Below are positions 38,401-41,634 of a stretch of DNA of 41,634 nucleotides, piece by piece. The notes under the pieces are model-generated. The model saw nothing but the letters and a program-made list of their open reading frames with translations, had not been told where the DNA came from and searched no databases. Within the stretch, counting starts at the first letter, position 1. Every line of letters begins with the position of its first letter. The stretch is taken from the IMG/VR virus record IMGVR_UViG_3300005805_000167, positions 1-41,634 of that record. One strand, written 5' to 3'. Source of the DNA: a virus (taxonomy: Duplodnaviria; Caudoviricetes). Made by a program: the position numbers and the translations under genes.

Positions 38401-39450
38401 CCTTACTCGACAGAAACATTAGGTTTTGAATCAATCGCTGGTGTTCAAACTAAACTGACTGAAATAGAGTTCTTGAATGCTATTAAGAATGTGACGTCAA
38501 ATACAGACTTACAATATGTAATGTACATATTCAGTTACACGGCATCCTTCAAGGAAGGTAACTTCACGGCTTATAATAACAACTACGGACAAATTGTTCT
38601 TACATACGATTATGGTGAACTTTCGAGATACTTTGGACGATTCTTTACTTGTCAAATAGGAAAAACAGAAAGTGGTTCAAGTTTATCATTACCATATGCA
38701 ACTTTTACCACCGTTGAAGATTACATGTTATTCCTTAGAGATAAGTTGTCACCAGCACTACCAAATATTAGGCAGAAATCTATTTCGACATATTATCTAC
38801 AACTCTTTCCATACAAGAGAGGAAACAGTCAGGGTACGACAATTCAAACAACAGATAGAATCAAAAGAGCAAAAACGAGTTTGGATGGAATGTCTCCTAA
38901 ACTGACAAGTACAATACCTTTGTTCCCACCTCAACCAACACTAACACCCAGTGTAAATAGTCAGGGTAATATACCAGCAACACCAACTTGTGCAACACCA
39001 ACCCCAACACCGACAAGAGGGACTATAGCTGGATCAAGTCAATCTAATCTACCACCGACTCCGACCCCAACCCCAAGTAGAAGTGGTGTTGGACCGGCAA
39101 ATACTCCCGACAGACAAACATTGTTAACCGCAAGTCAAACAAACGGTGCAACATTTAATGTAAGTTATGGTCCTCAAGGTGTATTAACAGGAAACTTTGT
39201 TGTGACCACAGCATCTTTACAAAACTCATATCCTGCGGTGGTTACTATTAGAAACGGATCACAAATAATACAGGTTGCTCAGTTTGTAGTTGGACCCACA
39301 GGTGGAACATTTATATCAAACCAAAATGGGTACAATGATTCTCTACCGTTAATAGCTACCCAATCACAAAACTCAATAACATTCTTGGTAACTGTTCAAA
39401 CACCCACACCATACACTTTTACTTATTATATTCCGATTAATTCGTTGTAA
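32464..39450 (+). CDS. Giant baseplate hub protein (gp27/GpD-like) with GH73-like and PT-linked C-terminal domains
   Basis: N-terminal GMTAIEVK...PEV.I...D..G and F.L..KGYYG; hub C-terminal barrel SY.CEV..LGNA.IQP..YF.L...P.FNG.Y.I..V.H.I.PG.F.T.F.G.R; then about 420 aa of accessory domains. Confidence 0.65.
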   Translation: MAGNSLADNSGNIYVETAYNNIILVDPNKTTKIGTNGRQIVEERLVDHENLVMYANLEAEIIPRTKLAIGGNPQDNIRTISLAKINFLKPNGDEFLNVGFYDDLTGLGATSQNARLQKFETIVDTTDGKQFYKQSVVSDERGRTVDPGLLGMTAIEVKTNMSFVPEVIIRMEDIQGKALFEQGDQSPYAAFFNLPYPVFYLTLKGYYGQAIRYQLNLHKFTADFNSFSGNYQITCQFFGYKYNILNEISLGTLIALPHMYTTTYNVTSSFTGTETSRGETESQILNQGLTGGDSDISDSVLSQEVVSSRGYQKIKEMYDEYEVKGLIPKGFPRYTIAQLGYKLQKLEQDILDVYKGKADFQPLTDGQVYRKYLRQYFSKVRGDKISWFVQYLNPKPYVLKDSGSLIYGFKKDLDQGGRDEGVSKLKAIISEYNTRLDENRTFGELRGKNLQIDNPITYNTVVIPDVTFDQIDWVQTMRTQLNIVNPTEIEVTSFISNELKNLSITVEVTPDGLKEIKQPFYVFVGQNRFDNILRSMESQLDKKLNDIETEITQKLKETISSPSAGLGFIPSVRNIMAVIMASAEGFIRLIDEVHYKAWQVREDPIRKRAVLRTDTSILNSDSKDYVPYAANVSNTTLENAEIPIYPWPQIFVENEDPKKGKYELAYPGDPAIVDLTKGYLYDKWPEVEFVEEFFKGSAQRLLPPVVPSPQDNEVALTTRLNLNAIQFPAVGLSYVNKEELRFFYEVYERQFLYSFYTNFARISNSAVKTSIIEAIANTEANNIVSSLGISNPQLTYNLKNSPLNSVTYPTILRQYSNEGTGLAYQEFIRDIFVTPYIRNFTQNSFSILPLETITSTNRSTFSNLPNSSVVEQLLLETSTNIPIITDTYPYTNLLWNTTNLNNYLFTPTVNQTFNTTKTYKFYKPKNLITNFEDPTDKTQIRPVVSFEYKKPISPSPSIGFNSFYAQRNVYLPTEGIVPTDGTRLPNTVTTSMLNTPYLVNAIQYGVNKQKQGSSNPYVEAAYLFINSLPLSTFRERYKSLSSSNPDNINAVSQLDYIFASFRKFGAVHKMPYAWVLKYGSIWHRYKTYIQSGTLQTDILSPIWTNYNYANNYDPSNSDVTKVYNLTIGSIKLQDEFVVDGVKITNMDVGFYPKTVNDFNFFLNGYDLFTQYTDGEINQAISKGLKIQNLSDSNIFKSTSSIAGQPRTIDITTYSCLVPSSIEPSEPGKLVCNDAPTTPRVNYFVLPSFGSNFNEVNEACFNGAGQLTQELSFNDSLYNGTVRTFWKAPNYGYFNNNIIVRPQVDAYMNLIPTVGKVDAFRLLTNGNYSKFDDMFTVFERAVFDKMETEFLNFAQSLNNYKPNNSETDPLIITSVNELVSQEQQDLNEVYKNFQSLFRSLMAVPIPSVYADQEDFFNKIIENQYSNVMPQLQGFLDFDVALRVGNPTGYRRRVVDSYISYVTGQLQVADPIQFASYKTNTLPTNGGTLTVQQSRLANPAAWAELDLDVGFSTIPELVYNNGGSFITDFFVDSNIEFTQQNVFQLSELVKQYATEKLSNPNLTARDFAGQLSAYINDNESFYNTTLDNTINIFQRNLPNISQVPEGVINSQMDGKQPKVEIYEMFKALNDKWIAGYDNTQTTLFEDMMFLDRASKNIGDQVIIDIFEMETIIDPDTMNQSMSVFLLISGILTQNNFSVMPMPAYVNFYNQQNINNQSPEESVTDFANNMWGTFLTLDYRNAGPKLICFYTDRPSSYLDMKDNKNYLFRSDAFDLRDTTNPLSYDDKDVDKVMSNKVVGFNVDIGIRSQNIFYSFNISQDGGKATSESIQQINLMSDSASGRSTATQNVSLYNIYKNMSYQCEVVALGNALIQPTMYFNLRHVPMFNGSYMIIEVDHTIQPGQFQTKFKGIRQSVYNLPVIDVYLQSINRNLLQKILKVVTQRKDNALQDGKSTTTQGANANTTQGTTSIAAQNACVSKVVEPYSTETLGFESIAGVQTKLTEIEFLNAIKNVTSNTDLQYVMYIFSYTASFKEGNFTAYNNNYGQIVLTYDYGELSRYFGRFFTCQIGKTESGSSLSLPYATFTTVEDYMLFLRDKLSPALPNIRQKSISTYYLQLFPYKRGNSQGTTIQTTDRIKRAKTSLDGMSPKLTSTIPLFPPQPTLTPSVNSQGNIPATPTCATPTPTPTRGTIAGSSQSNLPPTPTPTPSRSGVGPANTPDRQTLLTASQTNGATFNVSYGPQGVLTGNFVVTTASLQNSYPAVVTIRNGSQIIQVAQFVVGPTGGTFISNQNGYNDSLPLIATQSQNSITFLVTVQTPTPYTFTYYIPINSL

Positions 39451-39455
39451 TAGTA

Positions 39456-39462
39456 TATTTAT
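39456..39462 (+). promoter_or_regulatory. TATTTAT motif (putative late promoter)
   Basis: 15 nt upstream of ATG 39478. Confidence 0.55.
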
Positions 39463-39477
39463 TAAGAAAAAACTATT

Positions 39478-39702
39478 ATGGATTTAAATAATATGTTAAA
39501 CCAATATTTGGGTAAACAAGCCAGAATCTCTCAAAGAGATAATGGTGATGGCACCAAAGAAGTTTGTGATTTAGACACAGGGGACTGTTACGTTGTTAGA
39601 GAACGTGATGGACTTATCGAAAGAGCCGGACATCAACACACTACAAACAGAAGAGTTCGTGTTGAGACTCCACAAGGAATTAAACAACTCTTAAACGGTT
39701 AA
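39478..39702 (+). CDS. Hypothetical protein
   Basis: 74 aa with an A-rich leader; fills the gap; EVCDLDTGDCY motif. Confidence 0.75.
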   Translation: MDLNNMLNQYLGKQARISQRDNGDGTKEVCDLDTGDCYVVRERDGLIERAGHQHTTNRRVRVETPQGIKQLLNG

Positions 39703-39706
39703 GAAG

Positions 39707-40333
39707 ATGAGTATCGATAAGAAAATTCTCAAGGAAATTGAGAGACACCACAGAATAAACAAGTATATCACAGAGCAAGAGGCGGGTGCCCCTGCTATCG
39801 ATGTACCCGAAACTCCTGTAGGAGCGCCAGCAGCAGCTGAAGTCCCCGCAGTTGAAGAAGTTCCCGCAGGACCTCCTCAAAAGTTAGACGTTGAAGCAGA
39901 CACAGAAGTTGAAAAGATAGACGACGAAGGTACTTCATCTGAAGGAAAAGAAGAACTTGAGGTTACCGATTTGGTGAAGTCGCAAGAAAAAATGGAAAAG
40001 AAACAAGACGAATATTTTAATACCTTGTTTGGATACATTACTAATCTCGAATCAAAATTGGGGGAAATGGATCAAGTTATTGACAGATTGAATTCGATCG
40101 AAACAAAAATTGAAAAGTACAGAGAGAAGACCCCACAAGAAAAACTTGAACTAAGATCTTTAGACTCAGGACCTTTTAATCAAAAACTTACAGATTTTTT
40201 CGAAGACAAGAAAGAAGATTTCGAAAAAGGAGGTAAACACGAATACATACTTACGTCAGACGAAGTACAGGACATCAATCCGGCAGAAATTAAAAAAACA
40301 TTTATGCCGACAGATGAAAAGTATAAGTTTTGA
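39707..40333 (+). CDS. Acidic coiled-coil protein, possibly a head core/scaffold component
   Basis: N-terminal ILKE...ITEQE, Ala/Pro/Glu-rich linker and heptad region ITNLESKLGEMDQVIDRLNSIETKIE. Confidence 0.6.
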   Translation: MSIDKKILKEIERHHRINKYITEQEAGAPAIDVPETPVGAPAAAEVPAVEEVPAGPPQKLDVEADTEVEKIDDEGTSSEGKEELEVTDLVKSQEKMEKKQDEYFNTLFGYITNLESKLGEMDQVIDRLNSIETKIEKYREKTPQEKLELRSLDSGPFNQKLTDFFEDKKEDFEKGGKHEYILTSDEVQDINPAEIKKTFMPTDEKYKF

Positions 40334-40358
40334 CTTTTATGAAAAAATGACTATTATT

Positions 40359-40387
40359 AGGGTTGTGGGAAACCACGACCCTTTTTT
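40359..40387 (+). terminator. Rho-independent terminator
   Basis: AGGGTTGTGG-gaaa-CCACGACCCT-TTTTT (one G-U pair, GNRA loop). Confidence 0.9.
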
Positions 40388-40395
40388 AATTCCTA

Positions 40396-40427
40396 TTTGA
40401 CTATTAAACAAATTTGAACTATTTTTG
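40396..40427 (+). promoter_or_regulatory. Bacteroidota-type housekeeping promoter for ssb
   Basis: TTTG (40396-99), 20-nt spacer, TATTTTTG (40420-27), matching the -33/-7 consensus TTTG-N19-21-TAnnTTTG. Confidence 0.6.
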
Positions 40428-40456
40428 TATCAACTATTAACTAACATTTATTTTCT

Positions 40457-41305
40457 ATGAGCTCATTAGACGCAGTACTTGCACAATACGAACAGGCACA
40501 ACGTTCATCAGGTGGTGGACAAGGCCAAATGTCTTCAGAAGAAAGAATGAAGAAATACTTCGCTCTTATCTTGGATGACAAATCAAACTCGGGCACTCGC
40601 CGTGTCCGTATCCTCCCAACTAAAGATGGGAGTTCACCATTCAAAGAAGCTTGGTACCACGAAATTCAAGTTGGTGGTAAGTGGCAAAAGTTTTACGATC
40701 CAGGTAAAAACGACAACGAACGTTCTCCTTTGAATGAAGTTTATGAAGAACTTATGATGACTGGTAAAGAGTCTGATAAGGAACTTGCTAAACAATATAA
40801 ATCTCGTAAGTTTTACATCGTAAAGGTTATTGATCGTGACCATGAGGAAGATGGTGTAAAATTTTGGCGTTTCAAACACAACTACAAGAACGAAGGTATC
40901 TTGGACAAGATCATCCCTATTTGGAGAAATAAGGGTGATGTCACTGATCCTGAAAAAGGTCGTGATTTGATCATCGAACTCACAAAGCAGAAGACACCTA
41001 AGGGAGCGGCATACACCACGGTATCAACCATTATGTATGATGATCCAGCACCTACTCATGAGGATCCTAAGATCATGAAAGTGTGGGTTGACGATGAAAT
41101 GACTTGGTTGGATGTTTACTCCAAAAAACCCGTTGAGTATTTGGAAGCTATCGCTCGTGGTGAAGTTCCACGTTGGGATACTGAAAAGGGTGGTTATGTA
41201 TATGAAAATAATGAAACCGCAACCGAATCTTTTGGTGGATCATCTTCCTCATCATATGTTGACCCACAAGCAAACTCACCTGTAGACGAAGATCTACCAT
41301 TCTAA
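40457..41305 (+). CDS. Single-stranded DNA-binding protein (T4 gp32-like)
   Basis: RVRILP...PF.E.WYH, FY.V.VIDRD.EEDGVKFW.F, D.TDP..GRDL, acidic tail ending VDEDLPF; adjacent to a RecA-like gene. Confidence 0.82.
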   Translation: MSSLDAVLAQYEQAQRSSGGGQGQMSSEERMKKYFALILDDKSNSGTRRVRILPTKDGSSPFKEAWYHEIQVGGKWQKFYDPGKNDNERSPLNEVYEELMMTGKESDKELAKQYKSRKFYIVKVIDRDHEEDGVKFWRFKHNYKNEGILDKIIPIWRNKGDVTDPEKGRDLIIELTKQKTPKGAAYTTVSTIMYDDPAPTHEDPKIMKVWVDDEMTWLDVYSKKPVEYLEAIARGEVPRWDTEKGGYVYENNETATESFGGSSSSSYVDPQANSPVDEDLPF

Positions 41306-41310
41306 TCTTG

Positions 41311-41340
41311 ATGGTGCGGACAATGCCCGCACCATTTTTT
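41311..41340 (+). terminator. Rho-independent terminator between ssb and the recombinase gene
   Basis: ATGGTGCGG-acaatgc-CCGCACCAT-TTTTT. Confidence 0.85.
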
Positions 41341-41352
41341 ATTTTTTCTATT

Positions 41353-41634
41353 ATGGCAATAAAAAAACAAAATGACTTCGGTTCTATAAAGAAGAAGTTC
41401 TCAACTTCTGCTAAGTACAAACCACAACGATTCTTCGATTGTGGTGAAGAGTTCTTGGACGCGGTTGGACTTCCTGGTCCTGCGATCGGGCACATCAATA
41501 TGTTCTTGGGTCACTCTGACACGGGTAAGACAACTGCGATGATTAAAACTGCGGTGGATGCTCAAAAGAAAGAAATTCTTCCTGTGTTTATCATCACCGA
41601 ACAAAAGTGGAGTTTTGAACACGCTCGACTGATG
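41353..41634 (+). CDS. RecA/UvsX-like recombinase, 3'-truncated (absent from the ORF track)
   Basis: Manual translation MAIKKQNDF...FLDAVGLPGPAIGHINMFLGHSDTGKTTAM...PVFIITEQKW; Walker A GHSDTGKT; open to the window end. Confidence 0.85.
   Translation, partial: MAIKKQNDFGSIKKKFSTSAKYKPQRFFDCGEEFLDAVGLPGPAIGHINMFLGHSDTGKTTAMIKTAVDAQKKEILPVFIITEQKWSFEHARLM

Noticed and set aside
19669-39450. Bacterial extracellular contractile injection system or tailocin
   Set aside because: Neck proteins, PolB, a gp32-like SSB and a UvsX-like gene indicate a replicating phage.
40330-40357. TTGACT-N16-TATTAT sigma70-like promoter
   Set aside because: It would fire directly into the terminator at 40359; likely chance in AT-rich DNA, though a very short RNA cannot be excluded.
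41148-41622. Minus-strand ORFs 41148..41498 and 41401..41622, and other short nested ORFs in the track
   Set aside because: They are antisense or out of frame to well-supported genes (ssb, recombinase and others) and have no recognisable motifs.
1-41634. Stop-codon reassignment, tRNA or rRNA genes
   Set aside because: Code 11 gives dense, full-length genes ending in TAA, TGA and TAG; intergenic gaps are short and show no cloverleaf.

Overview
A 41.6-kb, AT-rich, densely coding segment of a large T4-like myovirus (contractile-tailed phage), read in genetic code 11. The host is probably Bacteroidota, inferred from A-rich leaders without Shine-Dalgarno motifs and one TTTG-N20-TAnnTTTG promoter. 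Left to right: (1) a 5'-truncated Thr/Pro-repeat, Cys-module, mucin-like protein and a small Pro/Thr/Cys-rich protein; (2) a translationally coupled five-gene glycan locus (GT60-type polypeptide GlcNAc transferase, sulfotransferase-like protein, NodU/CmcH carbamoyltransferase, HtrL/WlaTC-like protein, FkbM methyltransferase-HtrL-GT-A fusion); (3) a BppU-like protein and a family B DNA polymerase with a structured leader; (4) a minus-strand block with a gp13-like neck protein, a Mn/Fe superoxide dismutase fused to a PD-(D/E)xK-like domain and a SNF2 helicase; (5) a neck/tail module (gp14- and gp15-like proteins, sheath, HAD phosphatase, tube, gp26-like protein followed by an unannotated +1-frame ORF, tape measure, tube initiator with an inserted OmpA-like domain, LysM-like wedge protein, 2328-aa hub); (6) a gp32-like SSB and a truncated RecA/UvsX. 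A TATTTAT motif precedes most structural genes. The most notable hypothesis is a phage-encoded mucin-type O-glycosylation and glycan-decoration system acting on its own Thr/Pro-rich virion proteins. All product calls come from motif recognition by eye; no database searches were run.
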